A DNA stretch of 43,191 bases from a virus (lineage: Duplodnaviria > Caudoviricetes): positions 1 through 43,191 of IMG/VR virus record IMGVR_UViG_3300048606_000021; one strand, given 5' to 3'. The notes below the pieces were generated by a model that worked only from the letters and a program-made list of their open reading frames with translations, made no database searches and was not told where the DNA came from. This document shows positions 25,924-35,895 of this stretch, in pieces (positions within the stretch are counted from its first letter, which is position 1; every line of letters begins with the position of its first letter). The position numbers were made by a program, and so were the translations under genes.

Positions 25924-26634
25924 GTGACCGTCCGAGACTACATCGCGTCGTCGCTGCGCCTCTTGGGCGTGCTCGCGCCTGCGGACACGTTCAGCGAGGC
26001 GACATACCCCGATACCGTGCAGTCGTTCTCCGACATGCTCGACGCCTGGAGCACGGAGCGGCTGACGATCTTCAGCCAGGGCCGCACCGAAAACGCGCTC
26101 GTGGCGGGGACGCAGCGCTACACCATCGGCGCCGCCGGCAACTGGAATCAGGCCCGGCCGCTCTGGATTGACGGCGCGGCGTTCCTGACCGTCGATGGCC
26201 TTGAAGTGCCGATCCGCGTCTTCACGCGCACGGAATGGCAGGCGATCAGCCTCAAGGATCTGTCCGGCCCCCAGCCGTTCGGGATCTTCTACGACCCGAA
26301 CTATCCGCTGGGCGCGATGGACGTGTGGCCGGTCCCGACCGATCCGACCGTGCAGCTCGTGCTCTACGTGCCGAGCGCGCCGCTGACTAGCGTCTCGTCG
26401 CTGGACACGGTGATTACGGTGCCGCCGGGCTGGGCGAAGGCGATCCGCTACAACCTCGCCGTGGAGTTCGGCCCGCTCTATCCCGGCACCGTCAGTGACG
26501 ATATCGCCGAGATCGCGCGCGTCGCCAAGGCCAACATCAAGCGGACAAACATCCTTCTGGATGAAATGACGCTCGATCCGTTCCTGACCAACCGTGGACG
26601 CCGCTGGAGCATCAAGGCCGGCGAGTTCGTCTAA
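25924..26634 (+). CDS. Head-tail adaptor, P22 gp4-like
   Basis: TVRDYIASSLRLLGVLA...DMLDAWS...PPGWAKAIRYNLAVE. Confidence 0.75.
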   Translation: MTVRDYIASSLRLLGVLAPADTFSEATYPDTVQSFSDMLDAWSTERLTIFSQGRTENALVAGTQRYTIGAAGNWNQARPLWIDGAAFLTVDGLEVPIRVFTRTEWQAISLKDLSGPQPFGIFYDPNYPLGAMDVWPVPTDPTVQLVLYVPSAPLTSVSSLDTVITVPPGWAKAIRYNLAVEFGPLYPGTVSDDIAEIARVAKANIKRTNILLDEMTLDPFLTNRGRRWSIKAGEFV

Positions 26635-28076
26635 TGGTCTATCAGGGCTTTTGCGGCCCCTCCTACGTCTCACAGTCCAAAATCGCCAGCGACGATCGCT
26701 GCGTCAACTGGCTGCCCGAGAAAATCGAAAACCCTTACGGCAAGGCGTCGTATGCGCTCTATCCGGTCGCCGGGTATGAGACGTTCTGCGTGCTGCCTGA
26801 GTCGCCGTGGCGCGGCGGCTTCACGCTGAACGGGGACAGCTACGCCGTGGGCGGCGAGTCGCTGTATCGCCTCCCGATCGCGCTTGGTGGCACGCCGACG
26901 CTCCTGGCGACCGGCCTGCACAACCCCGACGACAGTCCGGTCTTCTTTGCCTCCAACGGCGATGCCGGGCTGCAACTCTTCATGACCAGCGGGTCGGTGG
27001 GCTACGTCTACGACTTCACGACCGGCACGCTCACGGTTGCGCTCGAGACGGCCACGCAATGCGCGTTCTTGGATGGGTTCTTCCTAGCGCTCAATCCCAA
27101 CTTGTCGGAGCTGAACGTCTCCGGGCTCGAGAACGGCGCCGCGTCGGAGTGGGCGGCGATCGGCGTCGCGCGCCGCAACGATGCCGCTGACAAGTGGATC
27201 GCCATGGTGCGATGCCTGAAAGAGATTTGGCTGTTTGGCGCGCAGACGACCAGCGTGTATTACGAAGCGGGCCTGTCGCCGTTTCCGTTCGCGCCCAACC
27301 CGTCCGTGTTCATTCAGTACGGCATCACGGCGCCCCTGTCGGCGGCCGTGCTCGACAACGCCCCGATGTGGCTGGGCCAGAGCCTCGACGGCGGCGCGAT
27401 GGTCTACCGCTCTGAAGGCTACACGCCTCGGCGCGTCTCCAATCACGCGCTGGAATATGCGATGTCTCAGTACGGCGCCTCGGCGCTCCTGACGGCTCGC
27501 GCCTTCGTCTACCAGATCAACGGCCACAGCCTCTACGTGTTGACGTTCCCCGGCATCGCGACGTGGGTCTATGACGCCTCTACGGGCTTCTGGCACGAAG
27601 AGGGCGAATGGAACGGTAACGATTACGTTGGCCTCCCGGTCTTCGGTCACATCTTCGCGAACGGCGTCCACCTGACCGGCGACACCACGTCAGGCAACGT
27701 CTACCGGATGAGCATGGACCTGTCCACGATGCCGGACGGGGCCGCCATGCGCCGCCTGCGCCGCGCGCCGCATCTCGCGCAAGAGCTCACGCGCGTCATT
27801 CACGACTCGTTTCAGCTTGATTTCGAGGCGGGCTTGGCGCTCGTGACGGGCCAGGGCTCGGATCCGCAATACATGCTGCGATGGTCGGACGACGGCGGGC
27901 AGACGTGGGGTAACGAAGTCTGGATGCCGGGCGGGCGGATTGGCGCCTACACGACGCGCGCGATCTGGCGCCGGCTGGGCATGGCCCGCGATCGGGTCTA
28001 CGAGCTCGCGTTTAGCGATCCGGTCGCCTCGCGCCTGATCGGTGCGTATGTCAAGGTCCGCGGCGGCCCGTCCTAA
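26634..28076 (+). CDS. Tail hub / DNA stabilization protein, P22 gp10-like
   Basis: FLDGFF, EIWLFG, TWVYDASTGFWHE, MLRWSDDGGQTW, WRRLG..RDRVYE. Confidence 0.88.
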   Translation: MVYQGFCGPSYVSQSKIASDDRCVNWLPEKIENPYGKASYALYPVAGYETFCVLPESPWRGGFTLNGDSYAVGGESLYRLPIALGGTPTLLATGLHNPDDSPVFFASNGDAGLQLFMTSGSVGYVYDFTTGTLTVALETATQCAFLDGFFLALNPNLSELNVSGLENGAASEWAAIGVARRNDAADKWIAMVRCLKEIWLFGAQTTSVYYEAGLSPFPFAPNPSVFIQYGITAPLSAAVLDNAPMWLGQSLDGGAMVYRSEGYTPRRVSNHALEYAMSQYGASALLTARAFVYQINGHSLYVLTFPGIATWVYDASTGFWHEEGEWNGNDYVGLPVFGHIFANGVHLTGDTTSGNVYRMSMDLSTMPDGAAMRRLRRAPHLAQELTRVIHDSFQLDFEAGLALVTGQGSDPQYMLRWSDDGGQTWGNEVWMPGGRIGAYTTRAIWRRLGMARDRVYELAFSDPVASRLIGAYVKVRGGPS

Positions 28077-30676
28077 TGGCCACGCACGTCATTACCACGC
28101 GCGTCGATCCGATCAATTCCGGCACATGGTTGGCCCCCGCGGCGGCGTGGTCGCCTACGTCATGGAACGGCGACTCCGGCGCGTTCGCACAGTCCGGGTA
28201 CGGCTCTGGTAACGCGCAATCGTATCTGGAAATCCTGGGCGGGCTGTACGACGACGGCACGATCCCTGGATCCGCGATTGTCGATCAGGTCGATATCGCG
28301 TTCGATTGGGCGATCACGGCCCCGGCCGGCAATAGCGGATTTGTCTTCGCGACCGGCGGCGCGGGCCAAGCCTGGAGCGGAAACGCGTCGGGATCGGCGA
28401 CGGGTTCGATCGTGGCGCCGGATACGTGGGCGAACTATGTTGCGATCGGGGCGTTCTTAGAGTGGAGCGTCCTGTCGGACAGTGCCGCGCAGGCCGGCGG
28501 CAGCATGCGGATCGTCGTCACGAATTTCCAGCTCACGATCACGTATCACCTCGACTCACCGACGCTGACGAGCGTGTCCCCGGCGACAGGATCAACAGAT
28601 GGCGGCGTAAGGGTCACGCTAACGGGCGTCGGCTTCACGGGCAAGACGAACGGCGATGTCCTGTTCGGCGGCCTCGCGGCGACCGTCGTCATTGTCGTCA
28701 ACGATTCCACGATTACCTGCAACACGCCCGCCCATGCGGCAGGCGCGGTCGATGTGTCCGTGGCGGGGGTCGGGACACTCGCCGCTGGCTTCACGTATAC
28801 CGCCGCGCCAAGCCTGGATACCGTCAAGCCCGCGCAAGGGCCGACAACGGGCGGCGTCACGGTCACGCTGGGCGGTCACGGCTTCACGGGCAAGACCGCC
28901 AGCCAGGTGACGTTTGGCGGCGTCGCCGTCTCCGATCTCGTGGTCGTCAGCGATACGGTCATGACGTGCGTACCCGCGCCGCATGCGGGCGGGCTCGTGG
29001 ATGTGGCCGTCGTGGCATGCGGCACGCTAGAGGACGCCTATCGCTATCAGGCGTCCAATACGAACGCGCGCGCGGTCGTGACGGATACCGACGCGGCCAA
29101 CCTGCCGCCGATCCCCGAGCCAATGCCCCCGGTAGATCCGAAGACCGGCAAGATCGAGGGGACGTGGCTGCGCTGGCTCGACGCCCTTAAGCGGCGCGTG
29201 GAGGCCGTGAAGGCGATCGACGCCAGCACGATCATTTCCGGGGTCTTCGCGCTCGCGCAGATTCCGACGATTCCATGGTCGAAGATCGATCCGACCGGTT
29301 CAAGCCTTGGCAACCTAACGATCCGCAACGCGGGCGACCTGACGATCGGCACGCTGCCGGCCGGTCGGATGCCGGCGCTGACCGGCGACGTAACCAGCCC
29401 GGTCGGATCCACGGCGACGACGCTGGCGACGGTCAACCCCAACGTGGGCACGTTCGGTGACTCCACGCATGTATCACGCGTGACCGTCAACGGTAAGGGG
29501 CTCGTCACGGCCGCGTCCAGCGTCGCGATTGCCTTGCCGTCTGGCTCGGCGCTCACGAAGACCGACGATACGAACGTCACGGCGACTTTGACGGGCACTC
29601 CGGCGTCGGCGCTCTTGGCGGCTGTCAATATCGCGCTCGGATGGACCGGACTGCTCGGCCTGGCGCGCGGCGGCACGAACGCGAACCTGTCGGCCACTGG
29701 CGGCGCGGGGCGCGTGCTCAAGCAGTCATCGGCGGGCGCGGCCGTCACCGTCGCGACGCTCGACGCGGCCGACGTGTCAGCCGGCGCGGCGCTGACGAAG
29801 GTCGATGACGCCAACGTAACGCTCACGCTCGGCGGCACGCCGGCCACGTCGCTCCTGAAGGCGGCATCGCTCACGCTGGGATGGACCGGACTGCTGGCGG
29901 ATGCGCGGCTCTCGGCCAACGTGCCGCTCCTAAACGCCGCCAACATCTTTACAGCGGATCAGGAAACCCGCAAGGTGGATCCAGGCATCCGGCTGCAACT
30001 GTCCACGAATCCCAACACGGCCGGGACCGAGGGCTATGTGGCGGCGTTTGCCTTCGACGCCAGCGGTGCGAATCAGAAGATCGGGGCGCTGGCCTTTCAG
30101 TTTACCGACACGACACACGCAAGCGGCTACGCGAGTTGGAACATCCACTCGTCGTACATGGTCGCTGGCGTGCAGGCGGACGATATCTGGCTCGCGGGCT
30201 GGGGCAACCACGGCGCGGCGTTTTTCCCGCCGAGTCTCGCGGCTGGATCCGCCCCCGGCGCCGGCATCCTGAAAATCAACGGGGCATTGACGATTACGGG
30301 CGTGGCGACGGGCCAGAGCATGAGCATGATCCAGGACAGCAACGGCCTCAATACTGTTCTGTCGATCCGAAATCCGAACGCGGGCAACGCGGCCGGGACA
30401 CGGTTTCAGATCGGCACCAATCTCGCGGCGTTCGCCTTCACGATCGACGTGTTTGGTACCGCGCACGCCACGAAACCCGGCGTCGCCGACTTTCTTAATC
30501 AGGCCAACGCCGATCTCAACATGGGCGGCTGGGGTGTTGCGGCCGTTACGATGGGCAACGCGGGTGTCCTAAAGTTCCCCGCCTACACGGCTACGACCTG
30601 GGCGGCCGGAGACAAATACCTTGTCGTGGACGCCGCCGGGAACGTCCACCGCAGCGCCATCGGCCCCGCCAGCTAA
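28076..30676 (+). CDS. Tail fibre/needle-like receptor-binding protein with two IPT/TIG domains
   Basis: Two VSP..G.T.GG..VTL.G.GF repeats; internal PVDPKTG...WLRWL motif; duplicated ALTKxDDxNVT...LGWTGLL segments. Confidence 0.75.
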   Translation: MATHVITTRVDPINSGTWLAPAAAWSPTSWNGDSGAFAQSGYGSGNAQSYLEILGGLYDDGTIPGSAIVDQVDIAFDWAITAPAGNSGFVFATGGAGQAWSGNASGSATGSIVAPDTWANYVAIGAFLEWSVLSDSAAQAGGSMRIVVTNFQLTITYHLDSPTLTSVSPATGSTDGGVRVTLTGVGFTGKTNGDVLFGGLAATVVIVVNDSTITCNTPAHAAGAVDVSVAGVGTLAAGFTYTAAPSLDTVKPAQGPTTGGVTVTLGGHGFTGKTASQVTFGGVAVSDLVVVSDTVMTCVPAPHAGGLVDVAVVACGTLEDAYRYQASNTNARAVVTDTDAANLPPIPEPMPPVDPKTGKIEGTWLRWLDALKRRVEAVKAIDASTIISGVFALAQIPTIPWSKIDPTGSSLGNLTIRNAGDLTIGTLPAGRMPALTGDVTSPVGSTATTLATVNPNVGTFGDSTHVSRVTVNGKGLVTAASSVAIALPSGSALTKTDDTNVTATLTGTPASALLAAVNIALGWTGLLGLARGGTNANLSATGGAGRVLKQSSAGAAVTVATLDAADVSAGAALTKVDDANVTLTLGGTPATSLLKAASLTLGWTGLLADARLSANVPLLNAANIFTADQETRKVDPGIRLQLSTNPNTAGTEGYVAAFAFDASGANQKIGALAFQFTDTTHASGYASWNIHSSYMVAGVQADDIWLAGWGNHGAAFFPPSLAAGSAPGAGILKINGALTITGVATGQSMSMIQDSNGLNTVLSIRNPNAGNAAGTRFQIGTNLAAFAFTIDVFGTAHATKPGVADFLNQANADLNMGGWGVAAVTMGNAGVLKFPAYTATTWAAGDKYLVVDAAGNVHRSAIGPAS

Positions 30677-30685
30677 AAGGAAACC

Positions 30686-30832
30686 ATGGCCCGCACACTC
30701 GACCAGATCGTTATTGAACAGCTCGGCGCGCTGATGTTGCAGTCGCTTCGACAGCAAACCGAGCTTGAAGACTTGCGTGAGCGGGTCAAGGCCGCAGACG
30801 CCATTGCGTCAACGCCAACATACCGGCCATAA
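30686..30832 (+). CDS. Small coiled-coil protein (possible fibre chaperone)
   Basis: AAGGA SD; MARTLDQIVIEQLGALMLQ...; not in ORF track. Confidence 0.55.
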   Translation: MARTLDQIVIEQLGALMLQSLRQQTELEDLRERVKAADAIASTPTYRP

Positions 30833-30833
30833 T
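30804..30833 (+). promoter_or_regulatory. Promoter with operator-like site upstream of ejection genes
   Basis: TTGCGT-CA-ACGCCA; TTGCGT-N18-CATAAT. Confidence 0.6.
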
Positions 30834-30850
30834 AGCATAGGAAATCCCGC

Positions 30851-31690
30851 ATGGCAGTCAATTTCGGTAACGTCGTGACGGATCCGGCCCAGCAGAAGCG
30901 GATCATGGGCCTCGCCGAAGGCATGGTTGCCGGCAACGAGGCGGGCGCGGGCGGGGCGATGGGCTATATGCCGGGATGGTCCCGCGATAAGGCATTGGAA
31001 CAGGCCGCGTACAGCTTTTTCCCCGGCACGGGCGGCGGCGCGCAGGCGGCTCCCGCGCAGGGCAGCGTTTCGGGCACTCCGACGCCGGGTTTCTCGCTGG
31101 CAACGCCGAAGCCGGCGGCCTACGGCGCCTTCACCGCCCCCGATCCGGCGACGTTCGCCAAAGATCCCAGCTATCAGTTCACGCTGAGCGAGGAACAGCG
31201 GGCGCTGGAGCACTCAGCCGCCGCGCGTGGCAGCTATTTCACGCCAAACACCATGCAAGGCCTGACCGACCATGCCGCCGGCCGAGCCGGTCAGGAATAC
31301 GGCAACGCTTACGATCGAGCACTTGGCGCCTACACCACGAACCGGGACACCCAGCGCGGCAACTTTGCCGACGAAATGACGGCGTTTGGCGGCGACCTGT
31401 CGGCGTTCGGAGCCACGACGGGCGCGGCCAACGCGGATCGGAATTTCTCACTCGCGAGTAGCGGGCAAGCGTTTGATCAGAAGCGCCTGACCGATCAGAG
31501 CATCTACGACCGCTCGCGCCAAACGCTCGCAGACCAACAGGCGCTCGATGATCGGAACTTTAGCCTAACGCAGCGTAATGCCGCGCTCGCGCAGCCCGCG
31601 CCGATGGGCTCCCTGCTTACGGCGTCGGCGCCCACGTTGCCGACGCCGGATCCGCGCCGCCGCCAGCTTAGCCCGTTGAAGTACTCCTAA
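30851..31690 (+). CDS. DNA ejection/transfer protein (gp7-like)
   Basis: DPSYQF...ALEHSAAARG...GQEYGNAYDR motif; position. Confidence 0.65.
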   Translation: MAVNFGNVVTDPAQQKRIMGLAEGMVAGNEAGAGGAMGYMPGWSRDKALEQAAYSFFPGTGGGAQAAPAQGSVSGTPTPGFSLATPKPAAYGAFTAPDPATFAKDPSYQFTLSEEQRALEHSAAARGSYFTPNTMQGLTDHAAGRAGQEYGNAYDRALGAYTTNRDTQRGNFADEMTAFGGDLSAFGATTGAANADRNFSLASSGQAFDQKRLTDQSIYDRSRQTLADQQALDDRNFSLTQRNAALAQPAPMGSLLTASAPTLPTPDPRRRQLSPLKYS

Positions 31691-31693
31691 GCC

Positions 31694-32971
31694 ATGTCTG
31701 CTGGATTCGATAACTTTTCGGCGGCGGCTAGAGAGCGCGAACGGCGTCAGGGCATGAGGCTCAACAGCCCCGGCGATACGTCGCTGGCGCAGGCCGACTA
31801 TCTCGGGCCTGGCTGGGATGCCTTCTACGGGTCGCTGCACGATCAATCCGAAGCCGCCGCCGCGCAGGGCAAAAACTTCCGCGTCGATTTCTCGGGGATG
31901 GCCGACAGCATGCCACAGAAACTCAGTCTTCAGCAGCCCTCGTCATGGGACGCCGATTCGGCGCGATCGATCGCCCTGAACGGCTATCTGGACAAGGACA
32001 CGCAGCAATTTCGTCTCGGCCAATCGGCCGTGAAGGAAGCGCAGGCGCGCGCGCAGCTCGCCACGGATACCGCGTTCGGCGCGGAGAACGACCGTCAGGC
32101 GTTGGATTACGCGTTCCAGCCGGGCACCGGCCGCGATCCAATGGCGGCGCTCCCTGGGCGTCTCCAGCCCGCGCTACAGGAACAGCAGCGCGCCGCCGGC
32201 CTCGCCGAGCGCGGCATGGCGCTCAATGAGGGTAAGCAGAAAGAGATCGAGCGCGCGAACCGTGCGGACGAATCGCTGGCGGGATCGTCGGTTATGTCGC
32301 CGGCCGCCGTCGAAGACAACGCGCGCCTCTACCTCCAGACGGGCCAAATGCCCACGCTGGGCATGAAAGACCCCGGCAACCGTCAGCGCATTCTGAACCG
32401 GGCCGCAGAACTGAGCGGCGGCCAGGGGAATCTCGCGGGGAATCGCGCCGACTACAAGGCCGACGCGGGATCGCTCGCCAAGCTCCAGACATCGCGCGAT
32501 GCGATCGGCGCGTTCGAGTCCACGGCCGGCAAGAACATTGACATTTTCTTGAACGCCGCCGGCAAGGTCGTGGACACGGGATCGCCGATGGCGAACACGG
32601 TTGCGCGGCTTGTCTCCGGCAAGATGCTGGGATCGCCCGATCAGGCGGCCTTTGACGCGGCGCGCCAGGTCGCGATCAATGAGATCGCCAAGATCACGAG
32701 CAATCCTAACCTGTCGGGCACGCTCTCTGACTCGGCCCGTCACGAGGTTGAAGCCTTCAACCCGCGCGAGGCGACGTTGGCGCAGACGGTCGCCGTCATG
32801 CGGCTGCTGAAACAGGACATGGGCAACCGGATCGGCTCGCTGGATACCGCGCTCGCGGATATCCGGGGCCGAATTGCGGCACCGGGCGCCAAAGCGGGCG
32901 CGGCGGCTCCGGCCGGCGCTGGCGCGAATGCGCCGCGACAAATCGGTAAGTACTCGGTGGTGATCCACTAA
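31694..32971 (+). CDS. DNA ejection protein (gp20-like position)
   Basis: Ala/Gln-rich helical; synteny only. Confidence 0.5.
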   Translation: MSAGFDNFSAAARERERRQGMRLNSPGDTSLAQADYLGPGWDAFYGSLHDQSEAAAAQGKNFRVDFSGMADSMPQKLSLQQPSSWDADSARSIALNGYLDKDTQQFRLGQSAVKEAQARAQLATDTAFGAENDRQALDYAFQPGTGRDPMAALPGRLQPALQEQQRAAGLAERGMALNEGKQKEIERANRADESLAGSSVMSPAAVEDNARLYLQTGQMPTLGMKDPGNRQRILNRAAELSGGQGNLAGNRADYKADAGSLAKLQTSRDAIGAFESTAGKNIDIFLNAAGKVVDTGSPMANTVARLVSGKMLGSPDQAAFDAARQVAINEIAKITSNPNLSGTLSDSARHEVEAFNPREATLAQTVAVMRLLKQDMGNRIGSLDTALADIRGRIAAPGAKAGAAAPAGAGANAPRQIGKYSVVIH

Positions 32972-34818
32972 TGCCGCAGTACACAGTGCAGGCGCCGGAT
33001 GGCCGCGCGGTCACGCTGACGGGCGACGCGCCGCCAAATGAAACCGATCTGGATGAGATTTTCTCCAAGATTGGCGCGTCCGCGCGCAAGCCTGCCAGCG
33101 CCGAAGACTTTATGACGCCAGAAGCGACGCCCAAGGGCTCAGCGCTGGGCCGGTTCGCGTCAAACGTCGGCGAGATGCTGAACCCTGTCACGATGATCAA
33201 GGGGTTGGGCTCGGCCATCGCGCATCCGATCGATACCGCCAGCGCGCTCGTGGGCGCACAGGTTGATCAGGGCCGGAAGGCTATCAGTCTCGCCAAAGAG
33301 GGGCGCTATTCGGAAGCGGCCGGACATGGCACGGCGGCGCTGTTGCCGCTACTTGGTCCTGCGGCGGCCGAAGCCGGCGAGCAGATCGGGACCGGGGACG
33401 TAGCTGGCGGGCTCGGTAAGGGCGTTGGACTCCTGGCGCCGATCGCCGTTGGGGCCGTGGCGCCAAAGGCCGTGACGGCCTCCAGGGGCATCAAAAGCGG
33501 CGGCCAGGCGGCGGCCGATGCCGTCGCGCTTGCAGAACGCTCAGGCGTGCCCCTGGACGCCGCCACAGCGAGCGGTAATCGATTCGTGCGCGCTGGGCAG
33601 CACATGGCCGATCGGTCGCTTGGCGGGTCGCTGGTGGCCGAGAAAGCGGCGCAGGCGCAAGGCGACGCCATGGCGACCCTTGGAGAGCAGTTAGCCGCCA
33701 AGGGCTATAAGTTGCCGCAGTCAGCCGAACAGGCCGGGGAATCGGCCTCAGCGGGCGTGCTGACACAGGTACGCGGTAATGCCGATCTCGCGAACGACGC
33801 GTATGGCCTGATTCGCAAGGCGGAAGCCGATCCGGCGCATGCGCGCGTAGTGCCGACTGCCGGCGGCGGATCCGAGCTGATGCCGCTACCCGTCGATCTT
33901 CGGGAGGCAAAAACATCACTGCGGCCGGTCTTTGAGGAACTGGATCGCCAGCGGGGACTGACGCCGTTCATGGCCGAAAGCGGCAAGGCGAAAGCGTTTG
34001 ACGCGCTCGATCGACTCATGAAGGCGCCCGATCACGCGCCGTTGTCAGTAGTGGATGCCGCGCTCGGCGAGCTCAAAGCGTTCACGCGTGCGGGCCGGGC
34101 CGGTGAGGTTCCCGAGCTCGCGACGGCCGGCCAGGGCAAAATCAAACTAGCGGTCGCGCAACTGGATTATGCCGTCAATCGCACGGCGGCGAGCGCCGGT
34201 AAGGACGTGCAGGCTGCGCTGCGTGAAGGGCGCACCGCCACGATCGCGAAATACGAAGCGGCTGACGTGCTCGAGGGGCTGAGCGCCGAGCCGGTCAAGA
34301 CGTTCAGGGCGCTGACGGCGCCCGGCGACAGCGCGATCGAAAAGTTGCGCGCGGTGGCCGTGCAGGCTCCGGACGCCATCCCACAGATCGGCCGCGCCAA
34401 GCTTGACGCCCTCGTGGAGCTGGCGCCTGATAAGCGCTTTGCCGAGTGGCAGAAGCTTGGCCCGGCCACGAAACATGCGCTCTATCAGGACGCCAGTTAC
34501 GTCAAAGATTTGGATAGCTTTTTCCGGCTGTCAAAGATGATGGCCACGAATCCCAACCCGAGCGGGACCGCGCACACGCTGGCGAGCTACGGACAGGTCG
34601 GCGTGACCGTGGCGGCGCCGTGGATTGGCGTCCCGGTCCAGATTGGCGCGGCGGCTGTCTCGAAGTTACTGCATTCACAGGCGGGCGTGCGACTCCTAAC
34701 GAAGGGCCTCACGATTCCGGTTGGTAATAAAGCGGCCGGCGCGGCGTGGCTGGCGGATCTGACGGCGGCTACCAGCCCCAGCGGATCCCGAACGCCAGAT
34801 CCAGCGTCAGCGCGATAA
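32971..34818 (+). CDS. DNA ejection protein (gp16-like position)
   Basis: YTVQAPDG N-terminus, Gly/Ala hydrophobic segments, NPSGTA motif; synteny. Confidence 0.55.
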   Translation: MPQYTVQAPDGRAVTLTGDAPPNETDLDEIFSKIGASARKPASAEDFMTPEATPKGSALGRFASNVGEMLNPVTMIKGLGSAIAHPIDTASALVGAQVDQGRKAISLAKEGRYSEAAGHGTAALLPLLGPAAAEAGEQIGTGDVAGGLGKGVGLLAPIAVGAVAPKAVTASRGIKSGGQAAADAVALAERSGVPLDAATASGNRFVRAGQHMADRSLGGSLVAEKAAQAQGDAMATLGEQLAAKGYKLPQSAEQAGESASAGVLTQVRGNADLANDAYGLIRKAEADPAHARVVPTAGGGSELMPLPVDLREAKTSLRPVFEELDRQRGLTPFMAESGKAKAFDALDRLMKAPDHAPLSVVDAALGELKAFTRAGRAGEVPELATAGQGKIKLAVAQLDYAVNRTAASAGKDVQAALREGRTATIAKYEAADVLEGLSAEPVKTFRALTAPGDSAIEKLRAVAVQAPDAIPQIGRAKLDALVELAPDKRFAEWQKLGPATKHALYQDASYVKDLDSFFRLSKMMATNPNPSGTAHTLASYGQVGVTVAAPWIGVPVQIGAAAVSKLLHSQAGVRLLTKGLTIPVGNKAAGAAWLADLTAATSPSGSRTPDPASAR

Positions 34819-34939
34819 CGGTCACGGTGACAACGACCATAAACGTCACGCCGAGCACGATCCGGTAGCAAGTCCACCAGAGATCGAAGGCGCGCGCCGG
34901 CCATTCAAGTAAGACACGCCGCGCGTTCATTCGATTCAT
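34769..34939 (-). CDS. Small antisense membrane protein (possible superinfection exclusion)
   Basis: TM segment IVLGVTFMVVVTVTVIALTL; TATACT -10 at 34949-34954 on minus strand. Confidence 0.45.
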   Translation of the reverse strand: MNRMNARRVLLEWPARAFDLWWTCYRIVLGVTFMVVVTVTVIALTLDLAFGIRWGW

Positions 34940-34958
34940 ATACAGACGAGTATAACCC

Positions 34959-35759
34959 ATGTCGCAAGGCTTCCCGATTCCGCTCCCCCAGCGTTTGTTT
35001 GACGCCAATGGCGTTCCCGCAAACAACTGGCAGATTGAGACTTACGTGGCGGGCCTCGCCACGCCGCTGGCGACGTATTCAGACGCCGGGCTGTCGTCGC
35101 TCAACCTGAACCCGATCCGCACCGACGCCAACGGCTATTTCCGGATGTTCGTCGCCGAGGCCGTCTTGGTGAAAATCATCGTCAGGGATGAAGCCGGCGT
35201 GCTTCAGTTCACCCTGGACGGCTTGGAGCCGATGCCAGATACCGGGACATCGCCGGGCTCAGTGACGGCCGTTCCCGTGGGCGGGGTCATCGCCTACAGC
35301 GCGGCGGCGGCGCCTACGGGTTTCTTGCTCTGTGATGGCTCGCTTGTCTCGCGCGGCACCTATGCGGCCCTGTTCGCGGTCGTTGGGACGACGTTCGGCG
35401 CCGGCGACGGCTCCACGACGTTCGCGCTGCCCGATCTGCGCGGGCGGTTTCCGCTCGGTAAGGCTGCGTCCGGCACGGGCAGCACGCTCGGCGGCTCCGG
35501 CGGCGCGATCGATCACGTCCACACCGGCCCGAGCCACACGCACGGCGTCACGGTCACGCGCGACGGCTGGGGCGCCACAAAGAACACGCCATCTACCACG
35601 GGCCGCCTGAACACTGGCGACGCAACCGGCGCGGCGGAATTCGCCTCGTCGTACCAGCCCACGGCCGATCTGGCGGTCACGAGCGCCGCGGGCGGCACGG
35701 GCAACACGGGCACGGCCAACGCGCCATTCATGACCCTTGTTTTCATCATCAAGACTTGA
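34959..35759 (+). CDS. Tail protein with tail-collar domain
   Basis: FDANG.P...TY.D....N.NPI..DANG attachment-like domain; PTGFLLCDG...YAALFAVVGTTFGAGDGSTTFALPDLRGRF. Confidence 0.85.
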   Translation: MSQGFPIPLPQRLFDANGVPANNWQIETYVAGLATPLATYSDAGLSSLNLNPIRTDANGYFRMFVAEAVLVKIIVRDEAGVLQFTLDGLEPMPDTGTSPGSVTAVPVGGVIAYSAAAAPTGFLLCDGSLVSRGTYAALFAVVGTTFGAGDGSTTFALPDLRGRFPLGKAASGTGSTLGGSGGAIDHVHTGPSHTHGVTVTRDGWGATKNTPSTTGRLNTGDATGAAEFASSYQPTADLAVTSAAGGTGNTGTANAPFMTLVFIIKT

Positions 35760-35895
35760 CGCACGCGTCAATTTGACGCGATTTTAGTCAGTGTGCGTAT
35801 GCCGCTCATGCGCGAGCCATATCAGCACAGTTGACGCAAACGCAAAATAGATGACACGAACGCCAACGACACAGGGTATATTGGCGTTGAAGTCA
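35756..35895. promoter_or_regulatory. Operator-rich region upstream of lysis genes
   Basis: TTGACGC-AC-GCGTCAA, CGCGTCAA-T-TTGACGCG, CACAGT-TG-ACGCAA, AACGCCAA/TTGGCGTT, TATATT. Confidence 0.55.

Noticed and set aside
19986-27671. Long minus-strand ORFs (435, 362, 355, 412 aa and others)
   Set aside because: Antisense shadows of GC-rich structural genes; no motifs or start signals
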